From assembly GCA_963793865.1 (NCBI GenBank), contig CAWCBP010000001.1, forward strand, positions 32,001 to 96,000: DNA of 64,000 nt, given 5' to 3'. The stretch comes from an uncultured delta proteobacterium (GTDB lineage: Bacteria; Desulfobacterota; WTBG01). Made by a program: the position numbers and the translations under genes. The notes under the pieces were generated by a model, which made no database searches, had not been told where the DNA came from, and was given only the letters and a program-made list of their open reading frames with translations. Positions 42,111 through 51,951 of this stretch are shown here, piece after piece (the stretch's first letter is position 1; each line of letters begins with the position of its first letter).

Positions 42111-43799
42111 ATGAATTCATACCGTCATCAGAACGCAGCAGCATACCGGGAAGGCGGACAGACACTGCCGCCCGTATCATCCGAGGCTGACAGGCCGGTC
42201 GAGCCGGCTGCGGCAGCCGACCGGAAGCTGCAAAAACGGATGACCAGAGAGGTTGCCGTTCTCTTTACCGATATCAGGGGGTCTTCCATTTTCTTCAAGA
42301 TCCATGGCGATATCGCGGGCAGGCTGATGATGCAGCGTCACTATGATATGCTCTTCCCGCTGATCGAGGGGCACCAGGGGACGGTGGTAAAGACGGTGGG
42401 GGATTCCATCATGGCAACTTTTTATGACCCCCGCAGCGCGGTTGCCGCCGCCATCGCCATGCAGCGGGAGCTTTTCGAGTATAACGCCCGCCAGTCCGCT
42501 GACGATCCCATACGCATCCGCATCGGCATCAATTTCGGGCAGGGCATCATCGAAGAGAACGACGTGTTCGGCGACGTGGTGAATATGGCCTCCAAGCTTG
42601 TTTCCATGGGGGAATCAGAGCAGATTGTTGTTTCCGAATCCGTGCGCGACGCGCTGGCGGGTCATGCCCGGTTCATTTTTTTCCCTCTCAAGCGGGACAA
42701 CCGCTTTTACGGCAATCTCAGCATTGCCGGATATGCCGTGAGGTGGCATGAAAAGGAACAGGTTGAAGAAAAGGAGATGACCATCCTGTCGCTTGCCATG
42801 ATCGGCAGCGACGACGGGAAACCCGCTGATGCCGCTTCCGACAGGGATCGGGAGGATGTGCCGGACTTTTTCCGCTCCATTGAAAAGGTGGCGCGCGAAA
42901 GGGCCTTTCGGACAACCATGCCTTCCCTCTGGAAGCTGCAGGCCGTCTTTGAGTATGCGGAAACGGCCGTGGATACGGCCATTCAAATTCTCCGCCTGTT
43001 CAGGCTGGAGGGGCAGCCATTCCACATGGGCATTCATACCGGCCGCATTCTGGTTAGTGAGGTCGATATTGTCGGAGGCGAGGAGGCGGACCAGGCCTGC
43101 GAACAAGCGGGACCCGGTGAGATTTACCTTACCCGGGAAACCCACGCCATGCTCAAGGATAACCTGCTGCTGCATTTTCTCCCGCTTCCCGCCAGTTTGC
43201 CGAACGGTCTGGCTCTGCACAAGCTGCTGGTGGAATCACCGCTCAAGAGCGCCGTTAATGAGGCGTACCTGAAGGAATCCGCCCCGGTCCTTGCGGAATG
43301 GTTTGGCGGCGGTTCCGCCGGCAACATCGTTGCCAATCCTTCCGAGGCCCTGTCCCCGCAGGCCGGGCTTCTCAGCAGCAGTCACGCGGTTCTGCTTAAT
43401 CAGCAATGCCATGCGCCGTCGCCGGTGCAGTCAACCCCAGTGCCGGTCCCGGCTCCCGGAGGCGTGCAGCAGCTGGTCACGCGGCTTGCTGCCTTTTTCG
43501 GAAAGACAGAGGAAGGCGGCAGCAGCAAATCCGCATTGTTCAAGATGGCGGTGTTTGCCTCCCGGTGTTTTATTAAATTCTTCGCCTGCTTTTCACTCTG
43601 CACGCTGTCCGTCAGCACCCTGTGCTGTTTCATCCTCATGGGCTATGAGGGTTACGCGCATCCTCCCGCCCTGTTTTCCCGGGAGGTCTTCAGCGACTGC
43701 CTGCGATTCGGCCTTTTTTGCGGCACCCTCTTCGGCGCCGGTGCGACGCTCCACTGGCTCTATAACAATTTTGACCGGCTCCCTGCAAAACGCCAATGA
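42111..43799 (+). CDS. Class III adenylate/guanylate cyclase with a second degenerate cyclase domain and C-terminal TM segments
   Basis: VLFTDIRGS, VKTVGDSIMA, IRIGINFG and DVFGDVVNMASKL. Second copy: HMGIHTG...AGPGEIYLT. Confidence 0.85.
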   Translation: MNSYRHQNAAAYREGGQTLPPVSSEADRPVEPAAAADRKLQKRMTREVAVLFTDIRGSSIFFKIHGDIAGRLMMQRHYDMLFPLIEGHQGTVVKTVGDSIMATFYDPRSAVAAAIAMQRELFEYNARQSADDPIRIRIGINFGQGIIEENDVFGDVVNMASKLVSMGESEQIVVSESVRDALAGHARFIFFPLKRDNRFYGNLSIAGYAVRWHEKEQVEEKEMTILSLAMIGSDDGKPADAASDRDREDVPDFFRSIEKVARERAFRTTMPSLWKLQAVFEYAETAVDTAIQILRLFRLEGQPFHMGIHTGRILVSEVDIVGGEEADQACEQAGPGEIYLTRETHAMLKDNLLLHFLPLPASLPNGLALHKLLVESPLKSAVNEAYLKESAPVLAEWFGGGSAGNIVANPSEALSPQAGLLSSSHAVLLNQQCHAPSPVQSTPVPVPAPGGVQQLVTRLAAFFGKTEEGGSSKSALFKMAVFASRCFIKFFACFSLCTLSVSTLCCFILMGYEGYAHPPALFSREVFSDCLRFGLFCGTLFGAGATLHWLYNNFDRLPAKRQ

Positions 43800-44581
43800 T
43801 GCTTCTGATCCTTGCCTTCATTTTCGGAACGGTGGTGGGAAGTTTTCTTAACGTGTGCGTGTACCGGATTCCCGAGGGGCAGTCCATCGTGGTGCCCGCC
43901 TCCCACTGCCGCGCCTGCAAGAAGCCCATCGCCTTCTACGACAACATCCCGCTCATCAGCTTCCTGGTCCTTAAGGGGAAGTGCCGGCACTGCGGATCTC
44001 CGCTTTCAGTCCAGTACCCGCTGGTAGAGCTCTTAAGCGGTCTCCTGGCCGCGGCATGCGTGCTCAAGTGGGGTGCGGGTTACAACGCCGCGGTGTGGTT
44101 TCTCTTCTGCGCGGCGCTGATCGTGGTGACCTTCATTGACCTTAAACATCAGATCATACCCGATGTCATTTCGCTGCCCGGCATCGCCTGCGGGGTGCTT
44201 CTATCCCTGGTCCTGGACGGGCCCGGCCTCCGGAGTTCCCTCATCGGCGCGGCGCTTGGCGGCGGCAGCCTGTTCCTCATCCGCTGCCTTTATTACGCGG
44301 TGACCAGACAGGAGGGGATGGGCCTGGGGGATGTGAAACTGCTGGCCATGATGGGGGCGTTCCTGGGATGGAAATCAATCCTCTTTATCATCATGGCGGC
44401 ATCCTTCTCCGGCGCCCTGCTGGGCATCGCGGTGATGATCATCAAGAAGAAAGACGGCCGCTATGCCATTCCGTTCGGCCCGTTTCTCTCGCTGGGCGCG
44501 GTATGCTACCTCTTCTGCGGGCAGGAGATGATCTCCTGGTATCTTAACCTGCATCTGCTGGTCCAGGAACATGTCGGTTAG
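43796..44581 (+). CDS. pilD: Prepilin peptidase/N-methyltransferase
   Basis: GSFLNV..YRIP, SHCRAC, GKCRHC, FIDL, GMGLGDVKL and IPFGPFL. Confidence 0.96.
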   Translation: MMLLILAFIFGTVVGSFLNVCVYRIPEGQSIVVPASHCRACKKPIAFYDNIPLISFLVLKGKCRHCGSPLSVQYPLVELLSGLLAAACVLKWGAGYNAAVWFLFCAALIVVTFIDLKHQIIPDVISLPGIACGVLLSLVLDGPGLRSSLIGAALGGGSLFLIRCLYYAVTRQEGMGLGDVKLLAMMGAFLGWKSILFIIMAASFSGALLGIAVMIIKKKDGRYAIPFGPFLSLGAVCYLFCGQEMISWYLNLHLLVQEHVG

Positions 44582-44590
44582 GGGGCACCG

Positions 44591-46112
44591 GTGAAACAGG
44601 GATTGGGGCTTCGCACCACCATACTGGTGAACATCGCCCTGGTGATGTTTGTCACCATGCTGCTCATCAGCTTCGTGGTTCTGACCATCGCCAGGAAAAC
44701 CGTTTTCGAACAGAAGGTGCGCACCGGCGAGATTATGCTCGCCTCCCTCCAGCACCTCCTCACGCCTCACTTGGAAACGCGGAACGCGGACCGGGCGCTT
44801 GTGATCGATCTTATAGACCGATACACCCGCAGCACCGGACTGGCGGGCCTGGTGCTTGCCGACACTGAGCTCACCGTGCTTGCGGACAGCGGGGGCGCTG
44901 GAATCGGCGGCAGAAGCGGTGATGAAGACCTCGCGGCCGCCCTGCGATCCGGGGAAACTGTGACGCGGGCGGGATCCCTGCGGGGCAGGGAGTATCTTTT
45001 CATGGCCGCCCCTCTCTACCTGGCGGGCAGTCCCGTCGGGGTGATGAAAATAAGCCTTCCGCTTGCAGACATGGAAAAGAGCATGGCCCTGTTTCAAAAC
45101 CTGGTAATCCTGTTCAGCGTCACCACGGCCGTTGCCTTCGTGATCATCGGCAGCCTGCTGCTGGGAAGGTACGTGGTGAAACCGCTGGAAAACCTGGTTG
45201 AGGCCACTGAGGCGCTCACCGGGGAGTACCTGCCCCAGGGATTGCAGCCGACGGGGCGCAATCAAATCGGCACGCTGGCGGCCTCGCTTTCCGGCATGTC
45301 CGAAAAACTGAGGGAGTACAAGCAGGCGGTTGACCACTACATACAATCGCTCAAGGAGTCCAACCGGGAGCTTCGCCGGGCGCAGGAGGAACTCATCCGC
45401 TCGGAAAAGCTCTCCTCGGTGGGCAGGCTCGCCGCGGGCGTTGCCCATGAGATCGGCAATCCCATCGGCATCATACTCGGCTACCTGGAGATTCTTCGGC
45501 GATCGATGATCCATGCCGATGAAAATGCCGACGCCCTTGCCCGGGTCGAGAGCGAAGTGCTGCGCATAGACCGCATCATACGTGAGCTGCTTTCCTTTGC
45601 CCGTCCCGCCCCGGTGAGCCTGCACCCGGTTGCGGTTAATACGGTTGTTGAAGAGGCCATTGCGCTCATTTCCCATCAGAAGGGGATCCGCAGCATAGCG
45701 GTTGAAAAACAGCTCGACAGGACCCTTCCCCCGGTCATGGCCGACGAATCACAGCTGAAGCAGGTCATGATTAACCTCTTCATCAATGCCATGGACGCGA
45801 TGGAGGGGGGAGGCACGTTGACCATCGCCACCGGGCGGTCAAACGGCCCAGCCGCGGTCCCCGGCAGCGCTGCACCGCGTCCGGAGGTGAGAATTAGCGT
45901 GAGCGACACCGGAACCGGCATCGATGCGGAGTCGCTTAAAAACATTTTTGATCCTTTTTTCACCACCAAGAGCCCGGGCAAGGGAAACGGCCTGGGATTA
46001 TCGGTCTGCATCAGGATCATTGAAGCATTTGCCGGCACCCTGGCGGTGAAAAGCTCTGCCCGGTGCGGGGAGCACCTTTACTGTGTCGCTGCCGGCGGTG
46101 CAGACAACCTGA
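44591..46112 (+). CDS. Membrane HAMP sensor histidine kinase; frameshift near 46060
   Basis: AGVAHEIGNP, NAMDA, DTGTG, FFTTK and GNGLGL. The PGAGSTFTVSLP tail in another frame ends at 46112. Confidence 0.9.
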
Positions 46113-46155
46113 ATACCTGGATTCTGCGATCCAGCCGCAGAATAACTGCTTACTG

Positions 46156-46216
46156 GTAGGGGCAGGCCCCTGTGCCTGCCCGCTATCACAGGGCAACCAC
46201 AGGGGGTTGCCCCTAC
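46156..46216. repeat. GTAGGGGCAGG-type REP doublet
   Basis: GTAGGGGCAGGCCCCTGTGCCTGCCC...GGGCAACCACAGGGGGTTGCCCCTAC; near-identical copy at 62257-62316. Confidence 0.88.
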
Positions 46217-46308
46217 CGGTTCGACTTCGTGATCTCTTGTTTTTTCTTCGTGTGCTTCGTGGTTACAGTTTCGATATTAGGATTTCGAATGTAATTTTGA
46301 GAAAAAAT

Positions 46309-47673
46309 ATGCCTGTACAGAAAATACTTATTATAGATGATGAAGCCAATATGCTGCACATGCTCAGGACCATCCTGAGCAGGGAAGGCTACGACATAGC
46401 CACCGCGGCCAACGGGCGCGAGGGTCTTGAGAAGCTCGAAGCCGCGCGCTTTGATATCGTGCTCTGCGACCTGCGCATGCCCGAGATGGACGGCCTGGCT
46501 TTCCTCGAGGCCCTCGGAGAAGCCGGGAGATCCATGACCATCATCATGATGTCGGCGTACGGAACGGTCGACATTGCCATCGAGGCGGTGAAGCGCGGCG
46601 CCTACGACTACATCGCCAAGCCGTTCAAGGCGGATGAGATCATCCTTACCCTCAGGAAGGCCGAGGAGCGGGAGCGGCTCAGGGAGGAGAACACCCTCCT
46701 CAGGAAGGAGGTAAACCGGACATTCGGCCTTGAACAGATTGTGACCAAAAGCGGAAAAATGCTGGCCATCTTCCAAACCATCCGCAAGATTGCCGATTAC
46801 GACACCTCGGTGCTGATTACCGGGGAGAGCGGTACCGGAAAGGAAATGATCGCCAAGGCCATTCATTACAGCAGCAGGCGGAACAGCAAGCCCTTCATTG
46901 CCGTCAATTGCGGGGCCATTCCTGAAAACCTGCTGGAGAGCGAACTGTTCGGCTACAGCAAGGGCGCCTTTACCGACGCCTGCCGCCATAAGAAGGGCCT
47001 CTTTGAAGAGGCGCACGGCGGGACCATGCTGCTTGACGAAATCGGCGAGCTTCCGCTGGCGCTGCAGGTGAAGCTGCTGCGGGTGCTCCAGGAAGGCGAG
47101 GTGAGGAGAATCGGGGATGCCAGGCAGATCAGGATCGACGCCAGGATACTGGCGGCAACTTCCCGTGACCTGGTGCAGGAGGTGAGAAAGGGAGCTTTCC
47201 GGGAAGACCTGTTTTACCGGCTCAATGTCATACGCATCGATCTGCCGCCCCTGCGGGAGCGGCGGGAAGACATCGAGCTGCTGGTCAACCACTTCATCAG
47301 CCGCTACAACACAAAGCACCGCCTCAAGGTCGAGGGCGTGTCACCGGCAGCGCTGGGGATGCTGCTGGAATATGACTGGCCGGGAAATGTGCGGGAGCTG
47401 GAAAACGCCCTGGAGCGGTGCGTGATTCTGTCCGAGAAGGGGCGGATTGAAAAGGAGGTCCTGCCCCCCGAGATTCAGATTGCCGCGGGCGGCAGCAATC
47501 CTGAAGAACCGGGCAGGGAATATTCCCTGAAGAAGATGTCCCGGATTATGGAGGAACAGCTGATTCGAAAGGCCCTCGGTAAAACCCGGGGGAACCGCAC
47601 CCACGCCGCCCGGCTGCTGGAGATCAGCCATCCCGCTCTGCTGAGCAAAATGAAGGGATTCGGCATCCAGTGA
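46309..47673 (+). CDS. sigma54-dependent response regulator (NtrC/AtoC/PilR family)
   Basis: Receiver domain, GESGTGKE, ESELFG..KGAFTDA, WPGNVREL and C-terminal HTH. Confidence 0.95.
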   Translation: MPVQKILIIDDEANMLHMLRTILSREGYDIATAANGREGLEKLEAARFDIVLCDLRMPEMDGLAFLEALGEAGRSMTIIMMSAYGTVDIAIEAVKRGAYDYIAKPFKADEIILTLRKAEERERLREENTLLRKEVNRTFGLEQIVTKSGKMLAIFQTIRKIADYDTSVLITGESGTGKEMIAKAIHYSSRRNSKPFIAVNCGAIPENLLESELFGYSKGAFTDACRHKKGLFEEAHGGTMLLDEIGELPLALQVKLLRVLQEGEVRRIGDARQIRIDARILAATSRDLVQEVRKGAFREDLFYRLNVIRIDLPPLRERREDIELLVNHFISRYNTKHRLKVEGVSPAALGMLLEYDWPGNVRELENALERCVILSEKGRIEKEVLPPEIQIAAGGSNPEEPGREYSLKKMSRIMEEQLIRKALGKTRGNRTHAARLLEISHPALLSKMKGFGIQ

Positions 47674-47685
47674 AGGCGGGGCATC

Positions 47686-48561
47686 TCACTTCTCCCCGGA
47701 GCGCTTGTCCTGCACCTTGTCCATGAATGCCGCCGTGATAACGGTGACACCCTCTTTCTTTGCTTCCGCGACCACCCCTGCGATGACCCGGTTTAAGAAT
47801 ATGCGAGGGACCTTGACAATCTTCGCGCAGGCTTCCTGCTCCCATCTGATGTCGGGATCAAAGCGGTCGCAGGCATACCGCACCGCCTCGATGGGATTTC
47901 CCTTGCCTTCGGGGATGGGCACCGCGAAGGGACGCCTGTGTTTGGCAAACCAGAAGCGTACATTGTCCCGGTAGCCATAGTCGATGGGGAGGGTGGGCAG
48001 TCCCTTGCCCCTGAACAGACGGTCCCTCCATTTCTTTTTCATGATGATCCGGTCAATGCGCAGCAGAAAGTAGTAGGTCTCAAACTCGTTGTGCTGCAGC
48101 GGGTAGCTTTCGTCCCAGGTACAGAGAAAGACCTGGATCGCTTCCTCCACGATCTCCGGGTACGACGCCTGCCCGGCGCGCGCCGGCGGAGCGCCGTAGC
48201 TGCCTGACGGAAGCAGGGTGAAGATGCTGTGCTTCATTTTTTCTTCGCTGGTCTCACCGGGGAAGCCGAGCATGACGCAGTTCTTCAGGTACTTCTTTTT
48301 GTCAGGTATGAAATTGATGGCGCAGACTTTGGTCCTGACGATATTGCGGGCAGTGTTGCTGGTTGCCCGGCAAATAAGCATCATGGCGTGATCGCCCTGC
48401 TTGGTGACAATATGGGGAAAGCAGAGGGAGTAGGGGCCGAGGTTGGTCTTCCCCGACTCGGCGAAAGTGCTCATGAGCACCACCGGCATGGGAAAGAAGC
48501 TGGAGGTCTGGTAGAAATTGTCCAGGATGCGCACATCAAGAAATTGTTCCGGCATAGGCAC
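47686..48561 (-). CDS. Flavin-reductase-like split-barrel protein with C-terminal PCP_red-like domain
   Basis: PMPVVL.ST...G.TNLGPYS and SNTARNI; tail W..EA...I.KVP.IF...V.....EAK..G...IT. Confidence 0.7.
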   Translation of the reverse strand: MPMPEQFLDVRILDNFYQTSSFFPMPVVLMSTFAESGKTNLGPYSLCFPHIVTKQGDHAMMLICRATSNTARNIVRTKVCAINFIPDKKKYLKNCVMLGFPGETSEEKMKHSIFTLLPSGSYGAPPARAGQASYPEIVEEAIQVFLCTWDESYPLQHNEFETYYFLLRIDRIIMKKKWRDRLFRGKGLPTLPIDYGYRDNVRFWFAKHRRPFAVPIPEGKGNPIEAVRYACDRFDPDIRWEQEACAKIVKVPRIFLNRVIAGVVAEAKKEGVTVITAAFMDKVQDKRSGEK

Positions 48562-48578
48562 CGCTCCATTTTAGATGA

Positions 48579-48663
48579 AACCACGAAGATCACGAAGAGA
48601 GAAGCACGAAGCACACGAAGAAAAAATTTTTTATTGGATCCTGCGATCAAGTCGCAGGATGAC
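48579..48663. repeat. CACGAAG short-unit repeat plus CGTC-type palindrome
   Basis: AACCACGAAGATCACGAAG...GCACGAAGCACACGAAG (inverse relative at 46225-46264), then TTGGATCCTGCGATCAAGTCGCAGGATGAC. Confidence 0.7.
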
Positions 48664-48675
48664 AACCATAACACA

Positions 48676-49227
48676 TTAAGGGGTGACCTGTAATATCTGG
48701 TTGAAAATCCCTTCGGCGATATTCAGGTATCGCGCCCGTTCGACCACGATCTTTATGGCCTTCATGTTGTGCTGGATTTTTTCTATGCCCAGATTTTTTA
48801 AATCCTCCCGTCCGGCCAGATCAACAATGCCCTCAGCTTCACGATAGCTGTCTCCCGCGTCGGGATTAATGATGGAAGCGGTTCCCCAGAGCTGCAGTCC
48901 CTTCACCGACTGGAAGCCCGAGTACGCGCCATAAAGGCTGACCGACACCCTGGGATTTTCCCTGATGTTTTTTATCTTCATGCCGCCCTCGGCAAGAATA
49001 TACAGGGTGAGCCCCCGGCTCCGGTAACGCACCGGCGTCGACCGGGGTATGTCATTGGAGCAGGTTGCAAGGGTGCAGATGACGTTCTCCTCCAGGAAGG
49101 TGATGATGGCCTTCTTCAATTCGTCCGGAGACAGTAGCTTTTTGTTTATCTTGAGCTTTTGAACGAAATTCTTTTCAAGCATCTCGTCATATTCCTTCTC
49201 CACCGCTTCCATCTCTTTGCTGTCCAT
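48676..49227 (-). CDS. Pyridoxamine 5'-phosphate oxidase family protein
   Basis: CTLAT...PRSTPV, K..NIRENPRVSV and GLQLWG.A. Confidence 0.85.
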   Translation of the reverse strand: MDSKEMEAVEKEYDEMLEKNFVQKLKINKKLLSPDELKKAIITFLEENVICTLATCSNDIPRSTPVRYRSRGLTLYILAEGGMKIKNIRENPRVSVSLYGAYSGFQSVKGLQLWGTASIINPDAGDSYREAEGIVDLAGREDLKNLGIEKIQHNMKAIKIVVERARYLNIAEGIFNQILQVTP

Positions 49228-49272
49228 GTGCTCTCTCCTGCTCCGCGAAGTTGTTCGTATAGGTTTTTGCCG

Positions 49273-49556
49273 GTAGGAGCGACCTTTGGTCGCGAATCGC
49301 ACCTGAAGGTGCTCCTACCGCTGCTATGATATGTAACAGAATGACGCTATCCTGCAGGAGCGGCCTCCGGCCGCGAAATGATAAGCCTATACCATGCCCA
49401 GTCCTGAAGGGCAAAGAAAATCTAAAAGGAGCTATTCTCTCGATGACCCATTTTGCTTGATTCTGCCAGAGAACAGTACTATAAAAATGCGTATGCAGTA
49501 AATGGGTAGGAGCGGCCTCGGGCCGCGAAAGAAATCGCAGCTGAAGGTGCTCCTAC
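49273..49556. repeat. Three GTAGGAGC-type REP units/doublets in a divergent promoter region
   Basis: Units at 49273-49318, 49354-49376 and 49506-49556. Candidate promoter TTGATT-N17-TATAAA at 49457-49485. Confidence 0.8.
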
Positions 49557-49599
49557 CGGGGTGGGAACATAGTATCTCGCAGAGAAAGGAAATTCGACA

Positions 49600-51875
49600 A
49601 TGGCCAAGAAAGACGGGCGCTACAGTGTCATAGGCAAACGGCAGCCGAGGCTGGACGGGGTTTTAAAGGCGACGGGCCGGTCACAGTTCACCGACGATGT
49701 TGTGCTGCCGGGCATGCTCCACGGCAAAATCGTGCGCAGTCCCATCGCGCGGGGGAACATACTCAACATTGATACGTCCCGTGCCGAGAAGCTGCCCGGT
49801 GTCAAGGCGGTCATAACCCACCTGGATGCCGGCGGTATGATGCTCGGTGCGGACCAGGGGGTGTTCTGCTCGGAGCGGGTGAACTATCGTGGTGATGAGA
49901 TCGCCGCGGTTGCCGCAGTCGATGAAGACACCGCGTTCGAGGCGGCTGAGTTGATAAGGGTGGAATATGAGCCGCTCCCCCCGATTTTGACGGTCAGTGA
50001 GGCCGCGGCTGCAGGGGCTCCGGTGCTGCATGCCCATATGGACAGCAATTACGCCGATGATATCAGCATGAATTTCGGTGACGCCCTGAAGGCATTTGAC
50101 GAATCCGATCATACCCGGGTTGATGAGTATACCATTCATCCTGCCCACAGCTCTTTTTCCGAACACCACACCGTGCTGGCCGACTTTTCACTGCCGGACC
50201 GGCTCACCGTCTGGACGCCCATTCAGGCCTCGATTCACATCCAGATGAACATGGCCTTCCGGTTCAACCTGCCTCAGAGCAGCATACGGCTCATGAATCT
50301 CAACACCGGAGGTGCCTTCTGCGGCAGGGGCGCGGATAAGCCCCATCATTACATCGCGGCGCTGCTTTCGAAGAAGGCGGGGAAGCCGGTCAGGATACGC
50401 TGTACTGCGGAAGAGGAGTTCATTGTCTTCCACGGCGGGGGCACCTATAATTTCCGCCTCACCACCGGGGTGAAGAAAGACGGCACCCTCAAGGCGATTG
50501 AAGCCGAGCTGATGCTTGACTGCGGGGCCTATGCCGGGTCGCAGTTTATCGTGCTTCGCTTCATCGGCTTTGCCCTGCAGATGCTCTACAAGCTTGAGGC
50601 AAGCAGGTTCAGGGGGCGCCTGGTGTACACCAACAACACCCCCTACTTTTTCCACCACGGCACCGGTATGGTGGCGCTGCGATTCGCCTTCGGGTCCCAG
50701 CTTGACCGCATTGCCCGGGATCTCAACATTGACCCGGTAGAACTGAGGCTTAAAAATGCGGTGGACAAGGGGTACACCACGCCCAGCGGGATCCACTATG
50801 CCAGCTGCGGTCTGAAGGAATCCATCCTCAAAGCCTCCCGCAAGGCGGGATGGAAGAAGAAATATGGAAAGCTCCCTCCCTACCGCGGGATCGGTATCGG
50901 CTGCGGAATGATACGGGCCGGAGGCAAGGGCATGCTCGATCATGACACCTCCTCCGCCTTTATAAAAGTTGAGGAGGACGGAAAGGCCTCGCTCTTTACC
51001 GGGCTGCCGGACATGGGCCAGGGATCGCATACGGCGATGGCCATGATCGCGGCCGAGGTGCTGGGCATTATGCCGGAGGACATCAGGGTGATAGCGGGGG
51101 ATACCGATGTTGCGCCCTTTGACATGGGGGCCATATCCCAGCGAGGCACCTTTACCACCGGGAACGCGGTCATTGCCGCCTGCCTCGATGCAAAAAAACA
51201 GATCGCGCAAACCGCCGCCGCCAAGCTTGGTGTCAAGCCTGCATCCCTGCTCTTCAGGGAGCGGACCGTCTATCCCAAGGGAGCACCGGAAAAGGCCGTC
51301 TCGTTTGAAACTGCGGTGTACGAGACCCTTCACTCCGGGGAGGGCCGCTACATCATGGGGAGGGGTTTTTACAACCCGCCCGCCGAGGAAGTGGATCCGG
51401 AGACCTTTAAGGGAAACTCAGCGCTGGCCTATTCCTTCGGAGCGCAGATAGCCGAGGTGGAGGTGGATCCCGAGACCGGTTCGGTCAAGCTGCTCAACAT
51501 GACTGCCGCCCACGATGTGGGCCGCGCCATAAACCCCCTGGCGGTGGAAGGGCAGATGGACGGGCAGGTTTTCAGCGGCATGGGACAGGCGCTTTTTGAA
51601 GAATGCATCCTGGAAGAGGGGAGCATTCTCAATCCCTCGCCGATCGATTACAGGCTGCCCGGCCTTTCGAGCTGCCTGAGGTGGAGCGGATCATTGTGGA
51701 GGACAACGACCCGTACGGGCCGTTTGGCGCGAAGGAGGTGGGGCAGGGACCCATCCAGTGCACGACGCAGGCAATTGCCAACGCGGTGAGCAATGCCATC
51801 GGCTGTCCCGTCAACGAAATGCCCATCACCCCGGAGCGGGTATTAAAAGCGCTGCGTCAGCAGAAACAGCAGTAA
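49600..51875 (+). CDS. Xanthine dehydrogenase family molybdopterin-binding subunit (HcrA-like); frameshift near 51660
   Basis: KATG...FTDD..LPGML, DMGQGS.T, AHDVGRAINP..VEGQ..G, GPFGAKEVGQ and MPITPERV. Confidence 0.92.
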
Positions 51876-51951
51876 ACGGTTTTTGTGTGTTCGCAGCCGG
51901 TATGGCAGGACAGGGCGGCAAGCCATAATTTTTTCGGAAAAGGAAGCGGAT

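Noticed and set aside
46950..46985. GAFTDA instead of GAFTGA in the sigma54 activator
   Set aside because: A common natural variant in this family; not evidence of a novel mechanism.
44375..51333. Long antisense ORFs (44375..45676, 46213..47319, 50188..51333 and similar)
   Set aside because: They are shadows of well-supported genes on the opposite strand in GC-rich DNA and have no motifs of their own.
2230..51670. Programmed ribosomal frameshifting or phase variation at the split genes
   Set aside because: No consistent slippery heptamers or long repeat tracts. The breaks hit unrelated housekeeping genes, so sequencing error is more parsimonious.
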